Shown: positions 50,248 through 63,284 of the stretch, in pieces
Numbering within the stretch: the stretch's first letter is position 1
Layout of the letters: every line of letters begins with the position of its first letter
Assembly (NCBI RefSeq): GCF_028641065.1
Contig: NC_073387.1
Coordinates: 6,944,001-7,008,000, forward strand
Source: Leucoraja erinacea
Taxonomy: Eukaryota
Length of the DNA: 64,000 bases
Reading direction: 5' to 3'
Made by a program: the position numbers and the translations under genes
The notes under the pieces: generated by a model
What the model was told of the DNA's origin: nothing
The model's input: the letters and a program-made list of their open reading frames with translations, nothing else
The model's database searches: none

Positions 50248-51844
50248 CATCTTCCCTTTAAATGTGAACTAAAGGATGTTACCTGTAGATGAAATGTGTG
50301 GGAAGGAACTGCAGATGCTGGTTTACACCAAAGATAGGCACCAAATGCTGGAGTAACTCAGCGGGACAGGCAGCATCCCCAGTGAGAAGGAATGGGTGAC
50401 ATTTCGGATCGAGACCCTGTGCAAAAGTTTTGACCCGAAACTTCACACATTCCTTCTCTCCAGAGATGCTGCCTGTCCCGCTGTTACTCCAGCATCCCTA
50501 TAAAGTATTTTATGGTCCCAAATCATTTTGATTAATGGTCTCAGTGTGGGACCTGTTTTTATTTGTGCCTCCAAGATTCACTACCCACTGCCAGAAGAGG
50601 TTTCTCCTAATTTACCTGTTAAACCGTTTATCTTGAACCCTTGTTCAAGACTCCTCCCTTGTGGAAAACATTCCTCCCATTCCTAATTTATCTAGGCCTC
50701 CATGGTTTTCTATGTTTCGATGATGCTCGCTCTCATTTTACTGAGGTCCTGAGGATTGGGTATGGAGAGGATGTTTCCACTCATGGGAGAGTCTAGGACC
50801 AGAGGTCACAGCCTCAGAATTAAAGGACGTCTTTTAGGAAGACCAGGAGGGATTTCTTTAGTCAGAGGGTGGTGAATCTGTGAAATTCTTTGGTACAGAA
50901 GGCTGTGGAGGCAGTCAGTGGATATTTTTAAGGCAGAGGTAGATAGCACATGATTGAATGGCAGAGTAGAATTGATGGGCCAAATAGCCTAATTCTACTC
51001 CTATTCCTTATGACTTTATGATGGGGGGCCACCTTATTCAATCACCCCTCATAAGAACGGATTTGTCATTGCAGGAACCAGCCTTGTATATCTTTGTTGC
51101 ATTTCTTTTGAGCGAGAATATCCTTTATTAATTAAGAACAGCATTATACTTCACTGGTCAATTGGCTCCTTCAACGGTACAGAGTTCTCCCTATATATTA
51201 GCAGTCCAGGTTATTTATGCAAGGCCTTCTCACTGAAGTGAGAGAAGCACTGAGCACCATGTGATGCTGTTGGTTCTTTGGTATGTAGCTGAACAACCAG
51301 GTGGGACCTCCATTTAGCTCCTGTTCTGAATGGTGATGGATCAGGCTACTCTTCCTCGCAGAGCTGGCACTGCAGTTAGCTGCCTGTGTCTGAAGAAGGG
51401 TTTTGGCCTGAAACGTTACCTATTTCCTTTGCTCCATAGATGCTGCTGCACCCGCTGAGTTTCTCCAGCATTTTTGTGTACCTTTGATTTTCCAGCATCT
51501 GCAGTTCCTTCTTGAACACATCAGGTTTGATTCAGTCAGTTTCCCAATTGGAGAGTTTATTTAAAGTTACTTACAATTCTCTCTTGACCAAAGCAGTTGG
51601 ATAATTGGCATGTCCCAATGGTCCTGTCCTACATGCTGATTAGTTGCTGTCTTTACCCAAGTCTCTCTACATTTGAATTTAATCTTGTTGTGGATCTTTG
51701 CAAAATTTCTGGGGAATGCAATACACTGTTTCGTTGATGGTAAGTTCCTCATTCTTTGTTAACTGGCTTGAAACTGATGGATACTGATAATCACATTGTT
51801 GAATCCCAAAGATTAATAATTTCTGTTTGTGAAATATGATTATT

Positions 51845-53043
51845 TCTGGGGTACCGCAAGGCTCAGTGCTGGGACCCCAGCTATTTACAATATATATTAA
51901 TGATCTGGATGAGGGAATTGAAGGCAATATCTCCAAGTTTGCGGATGACACTAAGCTGGGGGGCAGTGTTAGCTGTGAGGAGGATGCTGGGAGACTGCAA
52001 GGTGACTTGGATAGGCTGGGTGAGTGGGCAAATGTTTGGCAGATGCAGTATAATGTGGATAAATGTGAGGTTATCCATTTTGGTGGCAAAAACAGGAAAG
52101 CAGACTATTATCTAAATGGTGGCCAATTGCGAAAGGGGGAGATGCAGCGAGACTTGGGTGTCATGGTACACCAGTCATTGAAGGTAGGCATGCAGGTACA
52201 GCAGGCAGTAACCTGTGCACCACCAGCTTTCAGGAAGTATAGCTCCAGATCCCCCTGCACTAATGGCTCCCCAGGGCCGAACCATTCACCCTGGCCAATA
52301 TTTTTCCCTGTGAATGCATTATTACTCAGCAGCACATTCTTTCCAATGGCTCTTCAGAAGAAAGCAAATCCTGAATAATGATTTTGGCTTTCATAGCAAA
52401 AGGATTTGAGTATAGGAGCAAGGAGGTTCTACTGCAGTTGTACAGGGTCTTGGTGAGACCACACCTGGAGTATTGCGTATAGTTTTGGTCTCCAAATCTG
52501 AGGAAGGACATTATTGCCATAGAGGGAGTGCAGGGAAGGTTCACCAGACTGATTCCTGGGATGTCAGGACTGTCTTATGAAGAAAGGCTGGATAGACTTG
52601 GTTTATACTCTCTAGAATTTAGAAGATTGAGAGGGGATCTTATAGCCAAACTTAAAAAAATTAAAAATGACAGGGTTGGACAGGCTAGATGCAGGAAGAC
52701 CCACGAGGTCCGATGTTGGGGGAAGTCCAGGACAAGGGGTCACAGTTTAAGGATAAGGGGGAAATCCTTTAAAACCGAGATGAGGAGAACTTTTTTCACA
52801 CAGAGAGTGGTGAATCTCTGGAACTCTCTGCCACAGAGGGTAGTTGAGGCCAGTTCATTGGCTATATTTAAGAGGGAGTTAGATGTGGCCCTTGTGGCCA
52901 AGGCGATCAGAGGGTATGGAGAGAAGGCAGGTACGGGATACTGAGTTGGATGATCAGCCATGATCATATTGAATGGCGGTGCAGGCTCGAAGGGCCGAAT
53001 GGCCTACTCCTGCACCTAATTTCTATGTTTCTATGTTTCTATG
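51845..53043 (+). mobile_element. Young CR1 LINE, RT C-terminal part to 3' end, with a foreign mosaic segment
   Basis: [50 protein letters not shown]; (TTTCTATG)n tail. Confidence 0.93.
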
Positions 53044-53094
53044 ATGTCTCGCAATTAGTATCATTACCTTAATCAGATATTTCAGCCCTTTAAA

Positions 53095-53790
53095 GTCATA
53101 CAGCAGGTAAACAGGTCCGTCACCTCAACTCGTCCATGCCGTCCAACATGCCCCATTTGGCCCATATTCCTTGAAACCTTCCCTGTCCATGTATCTGTCC
53201 AAGTATCTTTTAAATGCCTCACCTGGCAGTTCATTCCAAATATCCACCACCTTCTGAGTGAAAAAGTTGCCCCTCTGGTTCCTCTTAAAACTTTTCCCCC
53301 TCATCTTAAATCTATACCTATAATATCCTCTGGTTCTTGATTCTACCCTAGCTAATAGACTCTGTGCATTCACCCTATCAATTCCCTTTGTGATGTTATA
53401 CTCCTTCTCTACAAGATCACCTCTTGGCTTTCTGCATTCAAATAATTAAATCCCTAGCTTGCCCACTCTCTCCCAATAGCTCAGACCCTTGAGAGTCATG
53501 GCAACACCTTCATAAATCTTCTCTGCCCTCTTTCCAGCTTAACGGCATCCTTCCAATAGCAGGGTAACATGAACTGAACACAATGGTCCAAATGAAGCCT
53601 CATCAACGTCTTGTACAACCGTAACATCATATCCCACTTGTAAAGTCAATGCTCTGACTGATGACGGCCAATATACCAAAAGGCACCATATCTACCTGTG
53701 ACACCACTTTCAGGAAGGTATGTACCTGTAGCTCCAGATCCCCCTGCACTAATGGCTCCCCAGGGCCGAACCATTCACTGTGAAGATCCT
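53095..53790 (-). mobile_element. Older CR1 LINE fragment
   Basis: NQRGNFFTQKVVDIWNELP on minus. Confidence 0.8.
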
Positions 53791-55249
53791 GGCCTGGCCA
53801 ATATTTATCCCCGTGAATGCATTATTACTCATTCTTACAGAGCACATTCTTTCCAATGGCTCTTCAGATTTTTTGGTACTGGCATCCTAGAATAATGATT
53901 TGTGAGTCAGACGCCTTTACTGGCACTTCATTAATTGTGGGCTTCATATCTGGGCCTGGTAATACTTCAATTTCAATTTATGAATGAATGGATTATACTT
54001 TTATGAACTATACATACTTTGCCACCATGCCACCCCCTGGAGTGCTTGTGTACTGTTGCTGGTTGGTAGTATGATGATGAGTGATGGGGTGATGATGCAT
54101 GATTGGGGTCATTATGACACGTGACATGTCACAGTGATATTCTTTGTTTTCCGCACACAAGAGTTGCCACGTATAGGGCATCGACAAAGTTACAAAGTAG
54201 TCCATTTTGTCCCCAATGGGCCCCCCTTTGTTCTCGACGCCCCCCACGCGGGGCCCCCCTTTATTCTCGACGGACCATTTTGCCATGCACCAATAAAACA
54301 CACAGCTAAAAATGACATGTTTGGTATATGTGAAAACCCACGAGGTCACGGGGAAAACGTACAAACTCCATACAGCCAACACCCGTAGTCGGGATCGAAC
54401 CTGGGTCTCTGGCGTTGCAAGCGCTGTAAGGCAGAAACTCTACCGCTGTGCCACCTCTTGGAGTGCTTGAGTGATGAGGTGATGGTGAAGGATTTGGGTG
54501 ATTGTGAGCTTGTTGATGGGAGAGTGTGTTTGGTGGGTGTTGGGATAGTTATGGTTTTGAGGTGAGCATGGTAGATGGCTGATTGTGGTAGGTTGGACTT
54601 GGTGGCGTGGTTGTTCCGTTGGACTGCTTGTGAGACAGTGGAGTGGGTGTTATAGTGATGGGGGGTTATCTGGTGATGGGGTGGTCTGTAGGCTATTGGG
54701 GGTGGTGTGATAAAGGGGGTATTGGGTGTGGGAGGACGATGGAGTAGTTTGTGTTGGGTTGGTGTGATGGTGGGTGTTGAAGATGTGCAGATAGTGGAGT
54801 GATTCTGGTGCAGTGCATTGTGTGGTAGAGGTTTTCTAATCCCCTACCTTTTTGAAGCTGTGAATTTTAATTCCAGCTTTGCTCCCTCATACACTAACAG
54901 TTGTAATAACCTAAATTCTGATATTTTTATTTTCCATCAGTGCCATAAAACATCGCTAAATTATAGTGTTTAGATTCAAATATTATTCCTGTTCTTGGCT
55001 TGCGATATTCTTGTAGACTGCTCAGCAAACAGACTGTCAGACTAACATATACACAGACTATTCTATTTGCTTTTGACTTCAGAGATTACATCCAATCATC
55101 AAAATGCCCAAAATCAGACCTTGTGTTGATGCAGACATTGTGGAATTGCTTGAGCTCAGAATAAGCTTAGACGCTGGTTCCAGTTAAGGTAAACTGGTTT
55201 AAAATAGACATGGATTTATTGCTAGCTAAACCAAATAATAGAATCAGGT

Positions 55250-55700
55250 TCTTTGGCCCACCATGTTCATGCTGGTCATGATGATATCAGCCTGCAGAGG
55301 GTCTGTATCCCTGTATTCTGTGCTTTGTCAAGTGTCTATCTTAAGCATTGCTATAATGACTGCTCTACTATTACCGTGAGCAGTATGTACCTACTGCTCT
55401 CTTTGTTTAAAAATAATACTCACCTCACAAAACTACTTTAAACTTTCCCCCAGTCTCCTTAAATCTATGTCCTCTTGAATGTGACATTTCCATTCCTGGG
55501 ACAAATATCCTGAATATATATCCCCATCGGTCACACCTCAGCCTCTGATGCTGCAGAGGAAGTGATATAAGTTTGTCCAACCTCTCGTAGCTACAACTCT
55601 CAAGTCCAGGCAACATTGTGGAGAATCTCGTGTGCACACTCTCCAAAGCTTCTACATCTGTTTCGTAATTGAGTGACCAGAACTGCACACAACACTCTAA
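55250..55700 (-). mobile_element. Old CR1 LINE fragment
   Basis: LECCVQFWS..Y..DVEALESVHTRFS.MLPGLESCSYERLDKL. Confidence 0.75.
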
Positions 55701-55704
55701 GCTT

Positions 55705-55995
55705 TGGGCAGCATGGTGGCATAGTGGTAGAGTGTCAACCTTACGGTGCCAGAGACCTGGGTTCAATCTTGACTGCAGGTGCTTGTCTGTATGGAGTTTG
55801 GATCTTCTCCCTGTGACCTGCGTGGATTTTCTCCGGTAAGCCCTGGTTTCCTCCCACACTCCAAAAACATACAGGTCTGTAGGTTTATCAGCTTGGTATG
55901 ATTGTAAATTGTCCCCAGTGGTGTTAGTGTGCGGGGATCGCTGGTTGGTGTGGACTCGGTGGGCTCGAAAGGCCTATTTCCGCGCTGTATCTGTA
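55705..55995 (+). mobile_element. HE1-like V-SINE
   Basis: Box A/B-like motifs, V-domain and tail. Confidence 0.85.
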
Positions 55996-58280
55996 ACCAA
56001 AAAAACCCTAAACATTTCATACAATGCCACAAGTTTTTCAACTTTGAAACTTAATGGTCTGACCAATGAAGGAAACCATGAATGTGTCTGGGAGCAGCAA
56101 GTAGTAAATCATGAGATAAGGGGGTGGGAGCAATTGGAGGCAGGTGGGAGCGAGGGAACCAGTGTGGTGTCTAACTGGGTAGTTCTGCTCTCATGCTGGA
56201 CATGAACAGAAATTTGGGCAATTACCGCCTAACATTTGAATTCAACCTGGGTTTCAGTCGTGGTTTACAGAGCCATTCGAATGGTAGCAACATGATAGCC
56301 ACAACTGGCGGACAAAAACAAGCAGCACAACTATTTCCAACGTGGCAATTGATTTCTTTCAAACGTTAAGCAAACAGAAAAAAAAGGCCAATAATCAGTA
56401 AAATTATTTTTGTCTTTTTATTTAGTCTGGAATCAGTATTGGCCAATGTTTACCACCATAAACCCTGAATAAATATAGGAAACATACGATAATACAGCCA
56501 GCTGGATTAAAAGTGCAGATGGTGCGGCAGACGAAATGAGGCCTAAAAGCATTCCTCTAATGCACTTTGGTTAAAATTGAATCATTCTAATACGGGGGGG
56601 GGGGGGGATGCATTCTATTCCTCTCTAACATTCTCTAACAAATGCTGAATTATCATTCTGGTTTCATCGTAAGACATCATCCAAATGACCTACTTTGTGC
56701 TGTTGGACAGAAGGCTTTTTGACAATGGATTACATCCAGACCTGAGTTTTCCTTTATACCTGGAGTGGGATATTCGCACAGACAGAGAGCTCTGGCTGGC
56801 AACTGTACAAATGTGCGACACCCTGGTAAATACTGTGCTGTCTGCCTCGTGCTTATGAATTGCGATGCAGGTCTAGGAGGCGCAATACTGAGCATGTGTA
56901 ATAATTTCCAAGTCCTGAGCTGACTCTGTGGGGAAAACCAGGCCAGCGCAGTGACAAGGCTGATAGAAACCAGAGGCCCAAGCAGCAGGGAAAGCAAATT
57001 CACCAGCCTCTACTTGACACAGTTTACAGAGTTGCCTGCATAAATTTTAAAGAAGTATTTTTATGGAGTTGAGCATTTGCCCCCCGAGATAAATGGAATT
57101 GAGTTTTTCCAACACATAATCTCAAGAAAAACATTCTGCAAAATCAAGGAAGTGGTATTAAATGTTTACATCTCAAGAGTACTGTTCACAAAGTACTGTG
57201 TAGGAAGGAACTGCCAATGCTGGTTTAAACCGAAGATAGACGCAAAAAGCTAGAGTAACTCAGCGGGTCAGACAGCATCTCTGGAGAAAAGGAATAGGTG
57301 ACTTTTTCAGGTCGAAACTGCCGAGTCTGAAGAACAAAGACATATTCTTTTTCTCCAGAGATGCTGTCTGACCCGCTGAGTTACTCCAGCTTTTCGTGTT
57401 TATCTTCATGCTCGGAGTACTAACAGGTTTTCAGTTAGCGGAAAACTCAGAAGTGTTGGGCATAATCTGGTAAGATTCATAGGGATATCATCAGAACCAA
57501 CAGGATGTGGCTATCAGAAATGATTTGAATAGCTTACTCTTTCCTCTGGGTGCAAGAAAATCACCCTGGGGTTTGATGAAAAGGATTTGGAGAGCAGTGT
57601 TTTGTTTGCAAGATTGGAATAACTTCTTCTTCCTCGAGTCCGGCCATCTTCTATATTCCATCTTTCCGGTCGGTCAGTAAAGGTTGATGGTCGGTGGTTG
57701 CAGAATTGGCTACTTCAGACAGTCACTGTGGTACAGTTTCTGTCGTCAGCATGCGTCACGACTGGAATAACTGGATTACTGAGGAAAGAGACACCACGAG
57801 TCCAAACAAATAATTTAGGAGGAGATTTTTGGCACTATGTAATGAGATTGCTGTTGGGATGTGAAGAGGTCAGTAGGGGAATGACATAGACTGGTTGGTC
57901 ACACCCACTGGAGTATTGATCACACCCAATAAACTCCCGGAGATGGTTACCCAGCACATCAGTCCTTGCATTAAGCAGCTCATCCATAGCAACATACTCT
58001 GTGTAACCTCACATTTCTTTTTTTACAAACAAGGAACTGCAGATGTTGGTTTACAAAAGAAGACAAAGTGCTGGAGTAATTCAGTGGGGTCGGGCAGCAT
58101 CCCTGGAGCAGCAGGAATTTGAGGGGTAGCAGTAAGAGAAGGTCTCAAAAGAACTCCTGTTGGAGAGAGGAGGGGTTGTTTTTCAAAGTAGGCCAAGGAT
58201 GCTGCTTGACCTGCTGAGTTACTCCAGCACTTTGTGACTTGTTTTGATGTTAAATACTATTCACGTCTGGGTTCTATCGC

Positions 58281-58958
58281 AATAAGCGAGTTCGGTATTC
58301 TGAAAAAGGCAAGGAATCATGGGATTTGTCAAAGGTCACTCGTGATCAACATTCTTGGCAACTGTGCTGCTGCATCTATACAGACCTGTGTTTCATCTGT
58401 AGTCAGGATCGAACTCGGGTCTCCGACGCTGCAAGCGCTGTTAAATTGATACTGGACTGTCCCCGTCCCCTCCCGAGTGGCCCATACCTGTCCGGGGACA
58501 GCCGGAGATGTCTGGGGTGACCCTGGACTGACGGGAGTCAGACGGGAGTGGCAGCCCAGGCTTACAGCCAGCGCGGAGAAGAAGCGCTAACTCCACTGCT
58601 CCGGGCCGGTGATCCGACAGTCCAGGGCTGTCGGTTAACCTGGCGGGTCAGGCAGAGTTCAGCTGGAGTTAGCTCTTTTTCTCCACATGGGCTGTAAGCC
58701 GGGGCCGCCACTGCAACGGGCTGGTGTCCCGTCAGTCCAGGGTCACCTCGGACATCTCTGGCCGCCCCCGGACAGGGATGGGACAGTCGGGACGGGACGA
58801 GCACGGTCAACAGCTTGCAGCGCCGGAGACCCGGGTTCGATCCTGACTATGGATGAAACGCAGGTCTTTATTCATGCAGCAGCTCGGCTGCCGAGAATAT
58901 TTACCTTGAGTGACCTTTGACCTGGGCATGTTCAGTCAGAATACCGAACTCGCTTATT
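58281..58958. mobile_element. 678-bp foldback (palindromic) element, unclassified
   Basis: 23-bp perfect terminal match aataagcgagttcggtattctga / tcagaataccgaactcgcttatt; arms complementary in blocks to an axis at ~58624. Confidence 0.85.
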
Positions 58959-59094
58959 CTGAAATGTGTGTACAGGGGTTCTCTGTGAATTGGACACATC
59001 ATATATAGATGACCTAGGACATGCACAGTGTCATCCATTAACATGTCTGGATATCACACCCAGGACTTCCGATCATGTAGGACTGGCCCATGTG

Positions 59095-59678
59095 ATAGAT
59101 AGATCCTTTATTGTCATTCAGACCTTTCGGTCTGAACGAAATGATGTTGCCTGCAGTCATACACAGAATCAATAATAACAAAACATACAATAAACACAAA
59201 TTAAACATCCACCACAGTGAGTTCACCAAGCACATCCTCACTGTGATGGAGGCAAAGTCTTAGTCTCCGTCTCTTCCCTCCTTGTTCTCCCTCTGCGCTG
59301 AGGCGATCGATCCAAGCCGAAGATGCCGCTCTCCAGTCCAGCGGACCTCCGTGGTGATGTCGCCGCCGCCGAAAGCCGGAACGCCATCTCCGCTCCGAGA
59401 CATCCCGCCACAGCATCAGCTCCAGGCCGCCGTCCCAGCTCCGGGCAGCCGCCCCAGCTCCAGGCCACTGCCCCAGCTCCGGGTCCTGCAGTCTCAGCTC
59501 CGAGCCCCGCTGCATCAGCTCCAGGCCGCCGCCGAAAACCAGAACGCCGCACCAGCAAGTCGGGCCACCGCTGCCTTAGCCCCGAAGACGGCCAGCCTCT
59601 CGTTGGTGCGTCCTGGCTGGCTCTGCCTCCAGCGCCTCGGGGTCGGTCACAGGTTGGAGGCCGCCAGCTCCGCCATTA
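59095..59678 (-). mobile_element. GC-rich VNTR-containing retroposon with Rex1/Babar-type tail
   Basis: Minus tail tttcgttcagaccgaaaggtctgaatgacaataaagg then (tcta)n; cagctccaggccgcc repeats at 59415-59535. Confidence 0.65.
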
Positions 59679-60318
59679 GTGCAGTCTACTGCAAGCTTAC
59701 AAACTTTCTGTGACTTGTCTGTATTGATTCTATGGGAATGCACTGAACAGACCCCCTTAAGGAACTGACTTGTTCGATTGTCCCTCCTCCCAAACTGTGC
59801 AGCAACTTTCCCTCCACACTATCAGGGATGGCTCAATGGTGCAACGGTAGAGTTGCTGCCTTACAGCGCCAGAGTCCTGGGCTTGATCCCGACTGCGGGT
59901 GCTGTCTGCACAGAGTTTGTACATTCCTTCCTGTGACCGTGTGTGGGTTTTCCTTGGTGCTCCGGTTTCCTCCCACACTCCAAAGACACATAGATTCACT
60001 CAATTTCCTTGACTTGTTCTGCAGTGGCTGAATGAGAGGTGGAAGCACTTTATCTCAAGTCAGGCCCTTTTATCATTCTTGATGTTGGGCCAATAACAAA
60101 ACTATTGTGGTTGAATTTCCTCTCTCTATTAACGGGCACAGAGATTTTTGGTAATGGGCTGCCTGTATGTACTACAGAGCTGTAGCAGGTCTGCAACTTT
60201 TACACTAATCATTTAGTGGCTTTAAACTCTGGAAGAACTCAAATGCATCATGTTGGTCTTTGCAGATGCGGGATATTCAAAGCATTGAATTAATTACGAT
60301 GACTAAAAGATTCAGGAT

Positions 60319-60420
60319 AGACAAAAATGCTGGAGAAACTCAGCGGGTGAGGCAGCATCTATGGAGCGAAGGAATAGGTGATATTTCGGGTCGAGACCCT
60401 TCTTCAGACCCTTCTTCATC
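60319..60420 (-). mobile_element. Single Penelope pLTR insertion with 16-bp TSD
   Basis: TSD ctaaaagattcaggat at 60303-60318 and 60421-60436; core gtctgaagaagggtctcgacccgaaatatc on minus. Confidence 0.88.
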
Positions 60421-60942
60421 CTAAAAGATTCAGGATGATCAGATGAAGGTGTTATCTACAGCTTAGCGCCAGTGGATTTACCATTTTTACTTTGGATTTC
60501 GAGCATCCGTGTTTATTTTTCAATTTTCATTGACTTTCCAAAGCACTTTGCTCGTGGGTGTGAAAGCGGCTTCATAAATACAACCATCTTGTATCAGGAG
60601 AGGAAAAGATAGAGAAAGAAAAAGTAGTCAGCATCCGACTAGAGGTGGTAGTTTGAATGAAAGCTTCAGGATGTTTTGTATTGCTGGAAACAGATGAATG
60701 GATTTGCGAATCTATTACACAAAGTCAGGTCGGCACTATTACCCTTGGAGCAGGAAAGGATAGCTGAAGATCTGATGGCTGTTTTCAAAATATTTAATTA
60801 TAGTTTCCTTTAACTTAAATCAGTTGTGATGGATCATCAATTCAACGTTACACAGAAATGACAACAAAAGCTGTTTATTCTAGCAACAGTTAGTGTGTGT
60901 CTTCCACATGAAATATAACTACCATGGGCAGTCGTTACAACT

Positions 60943-61225
60943 AGGGCGGCACGGTGGCGCAGCGGTAGAGTTACTGCCCCAGAGACTCGGGTTCAATCCC
61001 GACTATGGATGCTGTCTGTACAGAGTTTGTACGTTCTCCCCGTGGCCGCGTGGGTTTTCTCCGAGATCTTTGATTTTCTCCCACACTCCACTAACATACA
61101 GGTTTGTAGGTTAATTGGCTTGGTATGAATGTAAAATTGTCCCTAGTGCGTGTAGGGTAGTGTTAATGTGTGCGTGGATCGATGGGCCGAAGGACTTACT
61201 TCCGCGTTGTATCTCTAAACTAAAC
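60943..61225 (+). mobile_element. HE1-like V-SINE
   Basis: gggcggcacggtggcgcagcggtagag start, box B, V-domain, ctaaactaaac tail. Confidence 0.88.
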
Positions 61226-62096
61226 TACGTGACAGTTAACCCCTTCCTATCAATCACCTGTCTAACCTGTTTTTAAAATAATGGCAGTAGAGGGGAATCT
61301 AGAGATAGCTACTTTTCAGCCAGTCGAGCAACTTCTCTATTTCTGTTGTGCTGCTGTGGTTTAGTGTGACAAATGGATGGGTATTGCACTGTTGCTGTGG
61401 CCACTAGTCAAAGCCTCGCCTCTCTGCCCTTCATTGAGTTGGGTCACAGTGCGTGAATTCAATAGGAAATGTTTCCTCCCTGTGTGATGGAGAACACTGA
61501 TGTCTCTAAATATTCCCCCATTACAATAGAAAGAAGTTGAATAAAGTGTTGCACATCCTTAACTTCCTTCTCTTATCTATACATTTTCAAGCTGTCATTG
61601 AGTATTTCATTGTCTCAGGGCTCACTTCCCTTTTTCTAATTCTTTATCTGAAATCCTTCGGCTTACTTTCCACAATGTAAGGATTGTAGTTGTCATTTGG
61701 AATGTATTTCCTCCCTCTGAGTCTGTCAATCCCGCTTGGTGTCTGTGCCTTCATCTGCTCCAGATTTCCACGCCTTGCTTCCCAATCTCCACTCCGTCAT
61801 TCCCGAAGCACAAAGTTAGTCACCAGTACATCTCACGTCTTCTCTATTCGCCTCCCTTGTGGATGGCCCCATTGTAAACATGTACTGTCTTTCAGCTGAC
61901 TAGTTAGCATACAATAAAACAGCTTTTCATTGTACCTCGGTTCACGTGACAAGAGACTAAACTCCGTCTAAGTCATTACTACCAGCTTTTCATCTCCCGT
62001 CTTTTCCCAATAAATATTTAAGATTCTGTGTGTATCCCAAAGACCATGATTGTGCTGCGCTCAGTTCAGCCACAAATAATAATGATAATAATAATA

Positions 62097-62297
62097 GTAG
62101 GAAGGAACTGCAGATGCTGGTTTACACCAAAGATAGACACAAAATACTAGTAACTCAGTGGGACAGGCAGCATCTCTGGAGAGAAGGATGGGTGATGTTT
62201 TGGATCCACCTTTTGGACCCGAAACGTCACCCATTCCTTCTCTCCAGAGATGTTGCCTGCCCCGCTGAGTTACTCCAGCATTTTGTGTCTATCTTCA
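62097..62297. mobile_element. Inverted Penelope pLTR pair with TSD
   Basis: aatgataataa at 62081-62091 and 62298-62308; complementary arms. Confidence 0.8.
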
Positions 62298-62817
62298 ATG
62301 ATAATAAGAGGTTGTATTATATCTATAGTGAAATTAGTATTGTGATACATCCTAAGGAGCTGTATTGCTTAACAATGTTTCACCAAGATGTTGAGGAAAG
62401 ATGATCAAAAGTTTGATCAGAGGTTTTAAGGAGCACTTTGAGATGGTGAGCATCAGGAAGAGGGCAAGAGACTCTTCCTGATGTCTCTTCTTGACTGTGT
62501 TCCTTAGTGTTCCTTAAAATTTTTGATCATCTTTCCTCAACATCTTGGTGGACTGTTGGACTGAATATTCAAAGATGTGATGAACATTTATTAATGTTCC
62601 CTTAAATACTTGTGTTTGAAACAACCTCTTAATAACCACACCTGACAGTATTTCTATTTAGTCAACAAATTTGTACAGGTACAATTATTCAATCTGCACT
62701 TTGTAGATGGATTCTGCTTCAAATTTGTTGAAAATTAATGCACGTTGATAATTAATTAGATTGCTTTCATCTGCACTATTATTACAAAGAATTGCAAAAC
62801 AGGTGAAAAATATTACT

Positions 62818-62853
<36 letters not shown>

Positions 62854-63024
62854 AGCAAAAAAATGCAGATGCTGGAAATCTAAAGATAAAGTGGTGGAAA
62901 TACTCAGCGGGTCCAGCAGTGTCTTTAGTGAGAGAAACATTCAGATCTTTATCAGATCTGGAATAGTGAGAATAGAAGCATGTTTTAAATTGCAACTTGG
63001 TTCATGTCTGCAACTTGGAACATA

Positions 63025-63215
63025 CAGCTGATCCTCGACCTACGATGGGATTACGTTCTGATAAATCCATCGTATACTGAATAGTCGAAAACGCATTTAA
63101 TACATTGCGATCGCATGACCGGAAGTGACGTGCGGCTCGCTGCCATGGCCGAACGTATGCCGATCGTAAAGTCGAAATATCGCAAGTCGAAGCATCGGAA
63201 ATCAGGGAGCACCTG
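63025..63215. mobile_element. Tc1/mariner (Tigger-like) MITE
   Basis: TA|cagctgatcctcgac ... atcagggagcacctg|TA; imperfect CAG-start TIRs with TA on both sides. Confidence 0.7.
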
Positions 63216-63284
63216 TACTTGTTTTCTCAATCTTCCAGTTCTGATAAAAAGACACTGAACGCTGAACTGAAACATTGAACCAAA

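Noticed and set aside
54877-54972. ttccag followed by FAPSYT, matching the expected ADAM19 exon 4 (QLFAPSYTETHY) in the right phase
   Set aside because: Two residues are missing before F, ETHY is not conserved, the polypyrimidine tract is weak and there is no donor at the expected distance; probably chance.
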